Origin: a virus
Reading direction: 5' to 3' (one strand)
Virus record (IMG/VR): IMGVR_UViG_3300045988_027175
Length of the DNA stretch: 37,225 bases
Position 1 is the first letter of the stretch. Each line of letters opens with the position of its first letter. Shown piece by piece: positions 1 to 8,989 of the stretch. Under the pieces are notes generated by a model. The model did no database searches, was not told the DNA's origin, and saw only the letters and a program-made list of their open reading frames with translations. Position numbers and translations under genes: made by a program.

Positions 1-119
1 AGGTTCGCACGAACCTAGAAAAGAAAAAAGCAGAGCAAGAAGCCAATGACCTCAAAAAGGAATATGCTTCTAAGTCACAGGAGTTAGAAGATATCAGAAA
101 AGAAAAGGCTAGTTTATTA
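1..119. repeat. Terminal direct repeat, left copy, identical to 37107-37225. Marks a circularly closed contig with a unit length of 37106 bp.
   Basis: Compared base by base: aggttcgcacgaacctagaaaag...aaggctagtttatta is present at both window ends with no mismatch. Confidence 0.95.
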
Positions 120-500
120 AATAATGCTGATCTTCCTCTTGAAGGTCTAGGAATCGAAAATGGAAAAATCACCTATCTAAATCAGGAGTGGGATAACATG
201 AGCGGTTCACAGCAGCTAAAAGTGGCAACTGCTATCTGTAGAAAGATTAATCCTAATTGTGGGTTCATTCTGTTAGATAAATTGGAACAGATGGACATGA
301 ACACTCTTAAGGAATTTGGCGATTGGCTAAAGTCTGAAGGCTTACAGGCTATCGCTACAAGAGTAAGCACAGGCGACGAGTGTTCAATTATTATTGAAGA
401 TGGCTATGTTGCCAAAAATAATTTAGAAAAAGAAAAGAAAGAAGAAGTAAAAGAAGAACCAAAAGTGAGTGCTAATTCTTGGGAAGGAGTGAAGTGGTAA
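3..500 (+). CDS. SMC/Rad50-like AAA ATPase, C-terminal part of a gene that wraps the window ends (continues from 36281-37225; full protein 441 aa)
   Basis: The reading frame is continuous through the terminal repeat. Coiled-coil K/E-rich middle. Walker B-like FILLDKLEQMD. Stop TAA at 498-500. Confidence 0.8.
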   Translation, partial: VRTNLEKKKAEQEANDLKKEYASKSQELEDIRKEKASLLNNADLPLEGLGIENGKITYLNQEWDNMSGSQQLKVATAICRKINPNCGFILLDKLEQMDMNTLKEFGDWLKSEGLQAIATRVSTGDECSIIIEDGYVAKNNLEKEKKEEVKEEPKVSANSWEGVKW

Positions 501-1597
501 TGAATTTTGAAATTACATCAGGCATAAATGATAAGCCTTTAAAAGTAGTGGTTTATGGTCCTGAAGGAATTGGAAAGAGCACTTTTGCAGCGCAGTTTCC
601 AGAGCCACTATTTATTGATACTGAAGGGTCTACAGACTTTATGAACGTGAGAAGACTTCCGAAACCTACATCTTACGAGATGTTAAAAGAAGAAGTTATG
701 TATGCAGCTAAAAATAAATTATGCAAAACATTAGTCATTGATTCTATTGACTGGGGAGAAAGATTAATAATTGATCACATCTGTCAAAAAGCCGGTCTAA
801 AAGGAATCGAAGACTTTGGTTATGGAAATGGGTATGTATACCTCGAAGAAGAGGAAGGAAGATTTTTAAATTTACTCGAAGAAGCTAGAAGTATTGGAAA
901 TATGGCTATTGTTTTAACTGCGCATAGTCAGATTAGAAAATTTGAAGAGCCAAATCAGACAGGAAAATATGATAGATATGAGTTAAAACTTGGCAAGAAA
1001 ACAGGAGGCAAATCATCTGGGTTAATTAGAGAATGGGCTGATATGGTTCTATTTGTTAACTATCAGACATTTGTTTCTGAAGTTGATAACAACGGCAAAG
1101 GTAAAGCAGTTGGCGGCAAAAGAATGATGTATACCACACATAAACCATGTTGGGATGCAAAAAACCGTCATGGATTGCCTGAAGAGTGTGAATTCAATTA
1201 TGAAGTCATTAGACCTTTTGTAGAAAAAAGTCTGACAGGAAATCAGTTTGAACAAGTCCATAGTGTGCAACCTATGAGTGCTCCTGCTGCAGATGAAAAA
1301 CCACAAACACAGGTAAATGTACCTGTTGAACCAAAAGAACCACAGATTAAAGAAAATAATCCTGTGAGTGCTATTGATTTTGAGTCTGAAGAATATCAGA
1401 AGATTCCTTCTAAAGTAAGAGACTTGATGAAATGTGACAATATTTCAATTGAGAAATTGAAGGAAGTCATCTTCTTAAAGGGATTCTTCCCAAAAGATAC
1501 TCCAATTGAAAATATGCCTAATGACTTCTGGGAATTCATCGCTAGCAATTGGAGCAACTTGAAAGACTTTATCACAGAAACAGAAATGCAATTCTAA
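500..1597 (+). CDS. AAA_24/Sak4-like RecA-fold ATPase (recombination/annealing helper) with a C-terminal extension
   Basis: P-loop VVYGPEGIGKST. ATG 500 overlaps the upstream stop (TAATG). SD AAGGAG at 484-489. The track start at 479 is less likely. Confidence 0.75.
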   Translation: MNFEITSGINDKPLKVVVYGPEGIGKSTFAAQFPEPLFIDTEGSTDFMNVRRLPKPTSYEMLKEEVMYAAKNKLCKTLVIDSIDWGERLIIDHICQKAGLKGIEDFGYGNGYVYLEEEEGRFLNLLEEARSIGNMAIVLTAHSQIRKFEEPNQTGKYDRYELKLGKKTGGKSSGLIREWADMVLFVNYQTFVSEVDNNGKGKAVGGKRMMYTTHKPCWDAKNRHGLPEECEFNYEVIRPFVEKSLTGNQFEQVHSVQPMSAPAADEKPQTQVNVPVEPKEPQIKENNPVSAIDFESEEYQKIPSKVRDLMKCDNISIEKLKEVIFLKGFFPKDTPIENMPNDFWEFIASNWSNLKDFITETEMQF

Positions 1598-1617
1598 TTT
1601 AAAAAGGAGATTAAGAA

Positions 1618-2136
1618 ATGGATAACAATTTTAATAACTACAATCAAAACAACTTCAATCAGAACGGATTCAACCAAGCACCTCAAAATGATGGCGCTAT
1701 GGGTTGGGATGATGAAATTACAGCCGAATCCAAAGAATACACATTATTACCTGTTGGAACTTATCAGTTCATCATCAAAGATAACTTCGTTAGATCTAAA
1801 ACCTCAGGTAATGGAAAACTTCCTGTGTGTAATAAGGCTGACATCACTTTGACAATCAATTATGAAGGAAAAGAAGTAAAAGTGATCACTTCATTAATCC
1901 TTCATAAGTCACTTGAGTGGAAAATTTCTCAATTCTTTGAATGCATCGGGATGAAACAGAAAGGAGTTCCGTTCCGTCCTGACTGGAACGGAATTATTGG
2001 AAAAACAGGAACAGTTAAAATCTCTCATAGAGAATATAATGATGCAATCTACAATAATGTAAAAGAATTCGTGATCAATGATAATGTTCCAGCACCTTCT
2101 CAGCCACAGGCTTGGGGAAATAATAGCTGGAAATAA
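1618..2136 (+). CDS. DUF669-like phage protein (usual partner of AAA_24 plus helicase modules)
   Basis: N/Q-rich N-terminus followed by GWDDEI...YTLLPVGTYQF, as in DUF669 proteins. SD AAGGAG upstream. Gene order supports the call. Confidence 0.55.
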   Translation: MDNNFNNYNQNNFNQNGFNQAPQNDGAMGWDDEITAESKEYTLLPVGTYQFIIKDNFVRSKTSGNGKLPVCNKADITLTINYEGKEVKVITSLILHKSLEWKISQFFECIGMKQKGVPFRPDWNGIIGKTGTVKISHREYNDAIYNNVKEFVINDNVPAPSQPQAWGNNSWK

Positions 2137-3737
2137 TGCAGTTAAGAGATTATCAACAAAAGGCTCATGATGCCATATTCACAGAGTGGGAAGAGAAGGG
2201 AACTCAAAGAACCCTTCTCGTTCTTCCCACTGGCTGTGGAAAAACAATAGTGTTTGCAAAAGTGGCTGAGGATTGTGTTAAAAGAGGAGATAAGGTTCTT
2301 ATTTTAGCACATAGAGGCGAACTGCTAGAACAGGCATCTGACAAAATTAAGAAAGTGACAGGACTTGGCTGTGCAGTCGAAAAAGCTGAACAGACTTGTA
2401 TTGGCAATTGGTTTCGAATCGTTACTGGAAGTGTTCAAACACTACAGAGCGATAAAAGATTGTCTAAATTTTCAAGAGATTATTTTGACACAATAATTAT
2501 AGATGAGGCTCATCACGTTTTAAGTAATGGCTACCAGAAAGTACTAGAGTATTTCAACAGTGCGAAAGTTCTTGGAGTAACTGCTACTCCTGACAGGGGA
2601 GACATGAAGAATTTAGGCTCTTACTTTCAAACATTGGCATATGAATACACTTTACCAGAAGCGATAAAAAGTGGATATCTAGTTCCAATTAAGGCATTGA
2701 CTATACCACTGACTTTGGATTTATCGAGCGTTTCAATGAGCGCTGGAGACTTCAAGGCAAGTGATATTGGTAGCGCACTAGATCCGTATCTTGAAGGGAT
2801 TGCCAGTGAAATGGAAAAGTACTGCAAGAATAGAAAAACAGTTGTATTTCTTCCACTGATTTCAACATCTCAAAAGTTTGTTGAAATTTTAAATAAACAT
2901 GGTTTCAAAGCCACAGAAGTAAATGGCAATTCAAAAGATAGAAATGAGATTACAAAAGACTTTGCAGAAAATAAATACAATGTCCTTTGCAACTCTATGT
3001 TATTAACAGAAGGATGGGATTGTCCTGACGTTGATTGTGTCATTGTATTAAGGCCAACAAAAGTAAGAAGTCTTTATTCTCAGATGGTTGGAAGAGGAAC
3101 AAGGCTATCACCTCAAACAGGAAAAAAAGATTTACTTTTATTAGATTTTCTTTGGCACAGTGAAAGACATGAATTATGTCATCCAGCCTCACTTATCTGT
3201 AATAGTGATGAAGTCGCTAGAAAAATGACTAAGAACTTAGAAGAAAATGTTGGAGTTGAGATGGATATTCAAGAGGTTGAAGAAGAAGCCTTGAAGGATG
3301 TCCAAGAAGAAAGAGAAAAAGCACTTGCTGATCAGCTAGAAGAAATGAGAAAACGCAAGAAGAAGCTAGTGGACCCTTTGCAGTATGCAATGAGCATACA
3401 GGCTGAAGACTTGCAGAATTACGTTCCTTCTTTCGGTTGGGAGTGTGCTCCAGCGAATGAAAAACAATTGAAATACTTAGAAGCACATGGAATCGAGTCT
3501 AATGAAGTTCCTAATGCTGGATATGCTTCAATGCTGATTGACAGGTTAAAGTTAAGAAGTAAAGAAGGACTAGCAACTCCGAAGCAAGTGAGATTCCTTG
3601 AAAGAAAAGGATTTAGAAATGTTGGAACTTGGAAGTTCAAAGATGCTAGTTCTATGATTTCTAGAATTTCCGCAAATAACTGGAGACTTCCAAAAGGAGT
3701 ACAAGCTTCTACTTATAAGCCAGAAGGAGTTGAATAA
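2136..3737 (+). CDS. Superfamily 2 DEAD/DEAH-box DNA helicase
   Basis: Motif I LPTGCGKT, motif II DEAHH, motif III TATP, motif VI QMVGRGTR. Confidence 0.9.
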   Translation: MQLRDYQQKAHDAIFTEWEEKGTQRTLLVLPTGCGKTIVFAKVAEDCVKRGDKVLILAHRGELLEQASDKIKKVTGLGCAVEKAEQTCIGNWFRIVTGSVQTLQSDKRLSKFSRDYFDTIIIDEAHHVLSNGYQKVLEYFNSAKVLGVTATPDRGDMKNLGSYFQTLAYEYTLPEAIKSGYLVPIKALTIPLTLDLSSVSMSAGDFKASDIGSALDPYLEGIASEMEKYCKNRKTVVFLPLISTSQKFVEILNKHGFKATEVNGNSKDRNEITKDFAENKYNVLCNSMLLTEGWDCPDVDCVIVLRPTKVRSLYSQMVGRGTRLSPQTGKKDLLLLDFLWHSERHELCHPASLICNSDEVARKMTKNLEENVGVEMDIQEVEEEALKDVQEEREKALADQLEEMRKRKKKLVDPLQYAMSIQAEDLQNYVPSFGWECAPANEKQLKYLEAHGIESNEVPNAGYASMLIDRLKLRSKEGLATPKQVRFLERKGFRNVGTWKFKDASSMISRISANNWRLPKGVQASTYKPEGVE

Positions 3738-3739
3738 GA

Positions 3740-5986
3740 ATGAAACAATACAATCTATTAGAGCTGCTTGACTATATCAACCCTTCTGAACTTTCCTATC
3801 AGGAATGGACTAATGTTGGAATGGCTCTCAAGCATGAGGGCTATGAAGCAAGTGACTGGGATTCCTGGAGTGCTCAGGATTCAGAAAGATATAAAAGAGG
3901 AGAGTGCTTTACAAAATGGAATTCCTTCAATGAAACGGCAGGGGATATTGTCACAGGCGGAACAATCTTTGATTATGCTAAAAGAGGTGGTTTTGTTCCT
4001 CAAAAAAAGATAGATCCTAATGAAGGCGTTCTTGGTTGGGAAGATGAAATTGGCAATATTATAGATAAGGACTCTATAGATAGTATTGAACTTAATGAGC
4101 CTAGTGATTCGAATTGGAATCCAGCTAATGAGTTAATTAGATATTTAACTACTCTATTCGACACAGACGAGTATGTTGGCTTTGTAGTTTCCTCAATAGA
4201 AAACGAAAAAGGGAAGTTCATTCCTGGAAACCGCGGAAACTTCAGAATGACAGCAGGGCAGATTGTTGAAGGGCTTCACTCGTGCAATGGCGACATTGGA
4301 GCCGTAATCGGAGATTACAATCAATCAGCAGGAGCATGGATTCGATTTAATCCACTTAATGGTGAAGGTGTTAGAAATACTGACATAGCATCATTCAAAT
4401 ACGCTCTTGTAGAATCTGACAGCTTGGACATAGGCAAGCAGTTGTCTATTATTCATCAGTTAGAACTGCCTGTTGCTGCAGTTGTATATAGCGGTGCTAA
4501 ATCAATACACGCTATAGTCAAGGTTGATGCCTCAGACAATAAAGAATATAGAGAACGTGTAAGTTACTTATATAAAATATGCGATAAGAACGGGCTTGAA
4601 GTCGATAGCCAAAATAAGAATCCATCAAGACTTTCAAGAATGCCTGGATGTATTCGTGGCGAACATAAGCAGTTCATCATTGAAACCAATACAGGAAAAG
4701 AGACATGGTCAGATTGGGTTGAATGGGTCGAGTCAATGAATGATGATTTACCCGACGAAGAAAATTTGGCTGATGTATTGTTTAATCTTCCTGATTATGC
4801 AGAAGAATTAATTGAGGGAATTTTAAGACAAGGTCATAAGATGTTACTTGTGGGCCCTTCAAAAAGTGGTAAATCATTCTCATTAATAGAATTGTGTATC
4901 GCAATTGCTGAGGGTACTAAATGGATGGGAAGACAATGCAAACAGGGAGATGTGTTATATGTCAATTTCGAATTGGACAGGGCCTCATGCCTTCACAGGT
5001 TTAAAGATGTTTATCAAACATTAGGATTGACTCCCAACAATGCAAATAGAATCTTTGTATGGAACTTGAGAGGGAAGACCCCTGCACTAGATCAGTTAGT
5101 ACCAAAGCTGATCAGACGAGCAGAAAAGAAAAAGTATATTGCTGTAGTTGTTGACCCTATCTACAAGGTAATCACGGGTGATGAAAACAGCGCGAGTGAG
5201 ATGGCTAAGTTCTGTAATCAATTTGATAAGATAGCTGATGCGCTTGGTGCTTCTGTTATATATGCACATCACCACTCTAAGGGTGCTCAAGGTGGCAAGA
5301 AGTCAATGGACCGTGCAAGTGGCTCAGGGGTTTTTGCAAGAGACCCTGACGCTTTATTAGATATGATTGAGTTGGATATGAATAAAGAAGTCAAGGAACA
5401 CTTTATTAATGAAGCAAGAGTTGAAGCAATGCATGCTGTACTTGATAAGTATGTACCTAAATGGAGAACTTACATCTATCAGACTAAGAAAACGGATGAT
5501 CATGATTTTGAAGCGATGAATGATTACTGTGCTGAAATGCTTGGATTCGAACAGATGAACGAATTACAGTATCTGACAGAATTAAAAGTTGATGAAGCTA
5601 AACATATCACTGCCCTCCAAATATCTGGAACTCTTAGAGAGTTCGCTACATTTGACCCTATCAACTGCTTCTTTAAATATCCTGTTCACTTCTTGGATAA
5701 TGCTAACTTATTAAAAGGTTGCCGTCCTGAAGGCTCAAAGAAAAAGTCTAAGTTTGAAAAGATGAACGAGACTAATAAAAAGAAACAAGATGAAAATATT
5801 GAATTATTCTTAAATGCTTTCGAACAGTTAAATCATGACGGGCAAGTTACTGTAAAAGAGCTTGCTGAAAGTGGTTTGATGATGGGAAAGACGTATCATG
5901 CTTTGGCAAGGACAATTCCTAGATGGATAGAGCAAGAAAAATTAGAAGGCTTCAAATACGAAAAAGCAACCATCACAAAGTTGTAG
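3740..5986 (+). CDS. Primase-helicase: PriCT-2-like N-terminus, AEP-type primase-polymerase-like core, and RepA/AAA_25-like P-loop NTPase
   Basis: YQEWTNVGMALKHEG...FTKWNSF (PriCT-2-like). SIHAIVKV and NPSRLSRMPG (primase-pol-like). Walker A GPSKSGKS and Walker B VVVDPIY. Confidence 0.75.
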   Translation: MKQYNLLELLDYINPSELSYQEWTNVGMALKHEGYEASDWDSWSAQDSERYKRGECFTKWNSFNETAGDIVTGGTIFDYAKRGGFVPQKKIDPNEGVLGWEDEIGNIIDKDSIDSIELNEPSDSNWNPANELIRYLTTLFDTDEYVGFVVSSIENEKGKFIPGNRGNFRMTAGQIVEGLHSCNGDIGAVIGDYNQSAGAWIRFNPLNGEGVRNTDIASFKYALVESDSLDIGKQLSIIHQLELPVAAVVYSGAKSIHAIVKVDASDNKEYRERVSYLYKICDKNGLEVDSQNKNPSRLSRMPGCIRGEHKQFIIETNTGKETWSDWVEWVESMNDDLPDEENLADVLFNLPDYAEELIEGILRQGHKMLLVGPSKSGKSFSLIELCIAIAEGTKWMGRQCKQGDVLYVNFELDRASCLHRFKDVYQTLGLTPNNANRIFVWNLRGKTPALDQLVPKLIRRAEKKKYIAVVVDPIYKVITGDENSASEMAKFCNQFDKIADALGASVIYAHHHSKGAQGGKKSMDRASGSGVFARDPDALLDMIELDMNKEVKEHFINEARVEAMHAVLDKYVPKWRTYIYQTKKTDDHDFEAMNDYCAEMLGFEQMNELQYLTELKVDEAKHITALQISGTLREFATFDPINCFFKYPVHFLDNANLLKGCRPEGSKKKSKFEKMNETNKKKQDENIELFLNAFEQLNHDGQVTVKELAESGLMMGKTYHALARTIPRWIEQEKLEGFKYEKATITKL

Positions 5987-5995
5987 CATGTGTAA

Positions 5996-6027
5996 GTAGC
6001 ACACATATATAAATATATATGTGCTAC
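5996..6027. repeat. AT-rich hairpin: 13 bp with a 2-nt bulge and a 4-nt loop
   Basis: gtagcacacatatat-aaat-atatatgtgctac. No U-tract on either strand. Confidence 0.7.
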
Positions 6028-6069
6028 TGCTAAAAAATAAAATACAGTTGCTATTTATGTACATACATA

Positions 6070-6099
6070 CTTATAGGGAATTTAAGATTCCCCTATAAG
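6070..6099. repeat. Hairpin: about 12 bp with one bulge and a 5-nt loop
   Basis: cttatagggaat-ttaag-attcccctataag. No U-tract. Confidence 0.7.
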
Positions 6100-6147
6100 T
6101 GTATGTCACATAATAACAAAGTAACTGTAAACAAAGAGGTATAAACA

Positions 6148-6528
6148 ATGCAGTTTTTTATAAAGATGATCCCTCCAACAACTACAGCACAGGAACACAG
6201 AATCGGTAAATATGGAGTATATAAAAGTCCTGAACAGAAACAGGCATACGTTAAGTTAAGAGATGCAATCGCACCTTATGCTCCTGGTGCTCCGATTGAT
6301 CACGCTTGCCAGTTGATTGTTAAATGGTGCTTTCCTTTAAACAAAAGTCACAAAGTGGATGGTGAGTATAAATACACAAAGCCTGATACTGATAATTTGA
6401 ATAAGATGTTAAAAGACATTTTAGAAGAGTTAGGCTTCTACACTAATGACTCAAGAGTGGCTTCCGAAGTGATTGAAAAATTTTGGAGCGCCGTTCCAGG
6501 AATCTATATTTCATTAGAGGAATTATGA
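6148..6528 (+). CDS. rusA: RusA-family Holliday junction resolvase
   Basis: KPDTDNLNKMLKDILEELGFYTNDSRV matches the RusA catalytic Asp block. The size (126 aa) fits. Confidence 0.8.
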   Translation: MQFFIKMIPPTTTAQEHRIGKYGVYKSPEQKQAYVKLRDAIAPYAPGAPIDHACQLIVKWCFPLNKSHKVDGEYKYTKPDTDNLNKMLKDILEELGFYTNDSRVASEVIEKFWSAVPGIYISLEEL

Positions 6529-6707
6529 AATACGTATATAAGAAAGTCGATTATTACTCTATGCAGCAGCTAATGGATTTAATCGAGCAATATAAAAATA
6601 AATATCAAGTTATAGGATATGAAGCATATGCACAAGAGCAGTATGCAGTGCTTACTTTATATCCTAAGAAAGAGGAGAAAAACAAATGGAAAAATTATAT
6701 CTGGTAA
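6525..6707 (+). CDS. Hypothetical protein (60 aa)
   Basis: ATG overlaps the RusA stop (ATGA). SD-like AGAGGA upstream. The track start at 6483 lies inside rusA. Confidence 0.5.
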   Translation: MKYVYKKVDYYSMQQLMDLIEQYKNKYQVIGYEAYAQEQYAVLTLYPKKEEKNKWKNYIW

Positions 6708-6862
6708 AGTTAGGAAAATTATATGTAACTAATACATCAAGTGATTCAGTCAATTTAAAGGAAAGTGCAGAAAAGGCAAAAGTATTCACTGATGAATTAG
6801 AAGCTGAAACTTTAGCTAATATTCTAGGTGCTCAGTTGATCACATTCGTATTGGAGGGCTAA
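6686..6862 (+). CDS. Hypothetical protein (58 aa, below the ORF-track cutoff)
   Basis: SD AGAGGAG 8 nt before ATG 6686. Translates to MEKLYLVKLGKLYVTNTSSDSVNLKESAEKAKVFTDELEAETLANILGAQLITFVLEG. Fills an otherwise empty gap. Confidence 0.5.
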   Translation: MEKLYLVKLGKLYVTNTSSDSVNLKESAEKAKVFTDELEAETLANILGAQLITFVLEG

Positions 6863-6865
6863 AGA

Positions 6866-7261
6866 ATGTTTAAAGAAATCGGAAGATTAGTGGAATTATT
6901 AAAATATCCACAAAGCATAATTTTAGGATTGGATAAGGTGGCACACGTAAATGGTGATGATCTAACTCTCACTATTACTTCAGAGGAATGCGCTGAGTTA
7001 ATCCAAGCCATCACAAAAATAAAGAGATATGGCTTTCATGATGAATATGAAGAAAACTTACACGAGGAAGTGGCTGATGTGCTTATCTGTATCACAGAGT
7101 TATTGTGCTTAGGCTATTTAGATATTGATAAAGTCAAAGACTATCAAAAATTGAAAATCAATAGAGAGATAGAAAGAGCAATCCAGAAAGAAGAAGAATT
7201 GCGAAAAGAGAAAGAAGAAAAATTGCAGAAGGGAGAAGACATAAAAACATGGAACTTGTGA
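6866..7261 (+). CDS. MazG-like nucleoside triphosphate pyrophosphohydrolase
   Basis: EECAELIQAI ... LHEEVADVLI fits the MazG E-x2-E ... E-x2-D metal-binding pattern in a helical protein of about 130 aa. Confidence 0.6.
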   Translation: MFKEIGRLVELLKYPQSIILGLDKVAHVNGDDLTLTITSEECAELIQAITKIKRYGFHDEYEENLHEEVADVLICITELLCLGYLDIDKVKDYQKLKINREIERAIQKEEELRKEKEEKLQKGEDIKTWNL

Positions 7262-7692
7262 GTGATGAAAAACTAGAAGCAGTCGCTGACTTCTTGGCAG
7301 ATGATGAAGTGTTTGGAATTGCTCCATGTTCGCATTTTAATAATTCTCTAAAAAGAAATAGAGTTAACGTTTCTTGTGATATTGGGGACTGCGACGGAGA
7401 CTGCCCATTTTATTCAACAGCCAACTTTGTAAAATGGATTAAAGAACCAGATAGAAAAGTTGAAGTTGAGGATTTAAAAAAACCACATCAAGAAGACTTT
7501 ACTAAATATGTTAACTGCAGTGATGCTCTTTTTGATAGAGACAGCTATATTAATGCGTTAGAAGAATATTGCGATAATTTAGAAGATGTTCTTGCTGACA
7601 TTGAATATGATGCAGAGTGCATAGAATGCGAAATGAGAATGCTAAACGATAAGTTAAAAAAGATTAGAGGTGTTCTTGATGGGGCGTATTGA
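7249..7692 (+). CDS. Hypothetical Cys-motif protein (paralog family member 1)
   Basis: SCDIGDCDGDCPFYSTANFVKWIKEPD. Acidic, coiled-coil C-terminus. Confidence 0.6.
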   Translation: MELVSDEKLEAVADFLADDEVFGIAPCSHFNNSLKRNRVNVSCDIGDCDGDCPFYSTANFVKWIKEPDRKVEVEDLKKPHQEDFTKYVNCSDALFDRDSYINALEEYCDNLEDVLADIEYDAECIECEMRMLNDKLKKIRGVLDGAY

Positions 7693-7867
7693 AATAGATG
7701 AAGAGAAATTGAGACGTTTCGTTAATGCGTCTTTATTTACTTGTATGGATTTGAATTATCATCTTTTTAAGTATAAGAGTTGTATCATTAGGTGTCAGGA
7801 CTGTCCTTTGACTACTGTTGAAAGCACTATAGAATGGCTGAAGGAGGAAAGCCATGACAATGATTGA
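7679..7867 (+). CDS. Hypothetical Cys-motif protein (paralog family member 2)
   Basis: SD AGAGG 8 nt before ATG 7679. Motif SCIIRCQDCPLTTVESTIEWLKEE. Confidence 0.5.
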   Translation: MGRIEIDEEKLRRFVNASLFTCMDLNYHLFKYKSCIIRCQDCPLTTVESTIEWLKEESHDND

Positions 7868-8135
7868 AACTGATAAAGAACATTTTAAACAAATAAACAT
7901 TTATCTTGCAGATGGATCTAGATATGTAATTAAGCCTTTAGATGATGGGTTGGCAAAATATGTAAAAGGCAATTTTTACGGAGGTTTTAACATTGGCATC
8001 TCAAAAAATGAAGCGAAATCAATTATTCATGAATGGGTGTTTAATGCTGAAAGACAACACAGCGGCAGAATTGATGATATTGGTATTACAGCAAGTAATA
8101 TTATTTCCATAGAGCTTTTAGAACATGAAGAATGA
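7854..8135 (+). CDS. Hypothetical protein (93 aa)
   Basis: SD GGAGGA before ATG 7854. Packed against its neighbours with short overlaps. Confidence 0.55.
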   Translation: MTMIETDKEHFKQINIYLADGSRYVIKPLDDGLAKYVKGNFYGGFNIGISKNEAKSIIHEWVFNAERQHSGRIDDIGITASNIISIELLEHEE

Positions 8136-8160
8136 ATTACAGATTAAAGGGGTGATCAAT

Positions 8161-8523
8161 ATGAGTGAAAATAATTTAAAAGAAATCACATATTCTTCTG
8201 ATTATGTGGCTGAACTAGAAAACAAGATAGAATACTTAAAAGGAGAAAACGCAGAACTAAAACATAAATATTTTATTTCAGAATGTGAAATTCATCATCT
8301 TGAAATGTATAAGGAAGCGCTAAAAATGGCAATCACAAACGCTTTAATCATTGGTGGGTATGATTTTTGGGAAAAAGCTGCATCAAAATACGGCTTACAG
8401 CAACTTTATAGTAGAAGCATCTATAGAAACGCGCCAAACATCCATAAAGGTGTCTTAGAGTTCTATCTTTCATTAGTTGCGGATTCAAAAATAAAAGAGA
8501 ACGAGGTGAGCAATAATGATTAA
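8161..8523 (+). CDS. Hypothetical coiled-coil protein
   Basis: SD AAAGGGGTG before ATG 8161. The track start at 8125 lacks an SD. Confidence 0.55.
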   Translation: MSENNLKEITYSSDYVAELENKIEYLKGENAELKHKYFISECEIHHLEMYKEALKMAITNALIIGGYDFWEKAASKYGLQQLYSRSIYRNAPNIHKGVLEFYLSLVADSKIKENEVSNND

Positions 8524-8989
8524 CGCTGAAAAGTACCGAGACGAAATATTGGCGGTGACAAATAAACACGAATATTTTGCGCTTAAGGCAGACAATCCAA
8601 CTGTAATTACAAGATGCAATGATGTGGAGCAATGTCGTGGGTGTTTGTTTGATAACGGTACGTGTTCTTCCGAGAAAATGAAATGGCTCTTATCAGAATA
8701 CAAAGAGCCTATTAAGCTGAGCAAAGTAGAATATGAAATCTTAAGATATTTATATAAAAGAGATTATAGATACATCACAAGAGAAAAAAGTGAGCGCGTG
8801 ATTGCGTTTAAAGGACGTCCTCATAAGAGAGACTATGATGCTTGGAATACTATCAGTGGTGAAAAAATAGGGTATCTAGATTTATATGATTTTAGTAATC
8901 TGTTTCAATTTACAAATTGGGAAGACTCAGAACCCACATTAATTCAAGGGGTTTTGAATAACTGTGAGGTGGTTGAGAGTGATTTATAA
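8516..8989 (+). CDS. Hypothetical Cys-motif protein (paralog family member 3) with an extra C-terminal domain
   Basis: SD GAGGTGAG before ATG 8516. Motif RCNDVEQCRGCLFDNGTCSSEKMKWLLSEYKEP. Confidence 0.6.
   Translation: MINAEKYRDEILAVTNKHEYFALKADNPTVITRCNDVEQCRGCLFDNGTCSSEKMKWLLSEYKEPIKLSKVEYEILRYLYKRDYRYITREKSERVIAFKGRPHKRDYDAWNTISGEKIGYLDLYDFSNLFQFTNWEDSEPTLIQGVLNNCEVVESDL

Noticed and set aside
2767-2773. An extra TTGGTAG heptamer inside the helicase gene, found while looking for partners or targets of the twin-loop sRNA candidate.
   Set aside because: A 7-mer is expected by chance several times in 37 kb on two strands, and there is no surrounding structure or complementarity. A systematic search for CTACCAA targets needs a computer scan.
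3768-4013. 81-aa alternative-frame ORF inside the primase-helicase gene, plus similar internal plus-strand ORFs at 11431-11616, 17819-18013, 18685-18939 and 36123-36314.
   Set aside because: They are embedded out of frame in confidently assigned genes and have no SD or recognisable motifs. Treated as chance ORFs.
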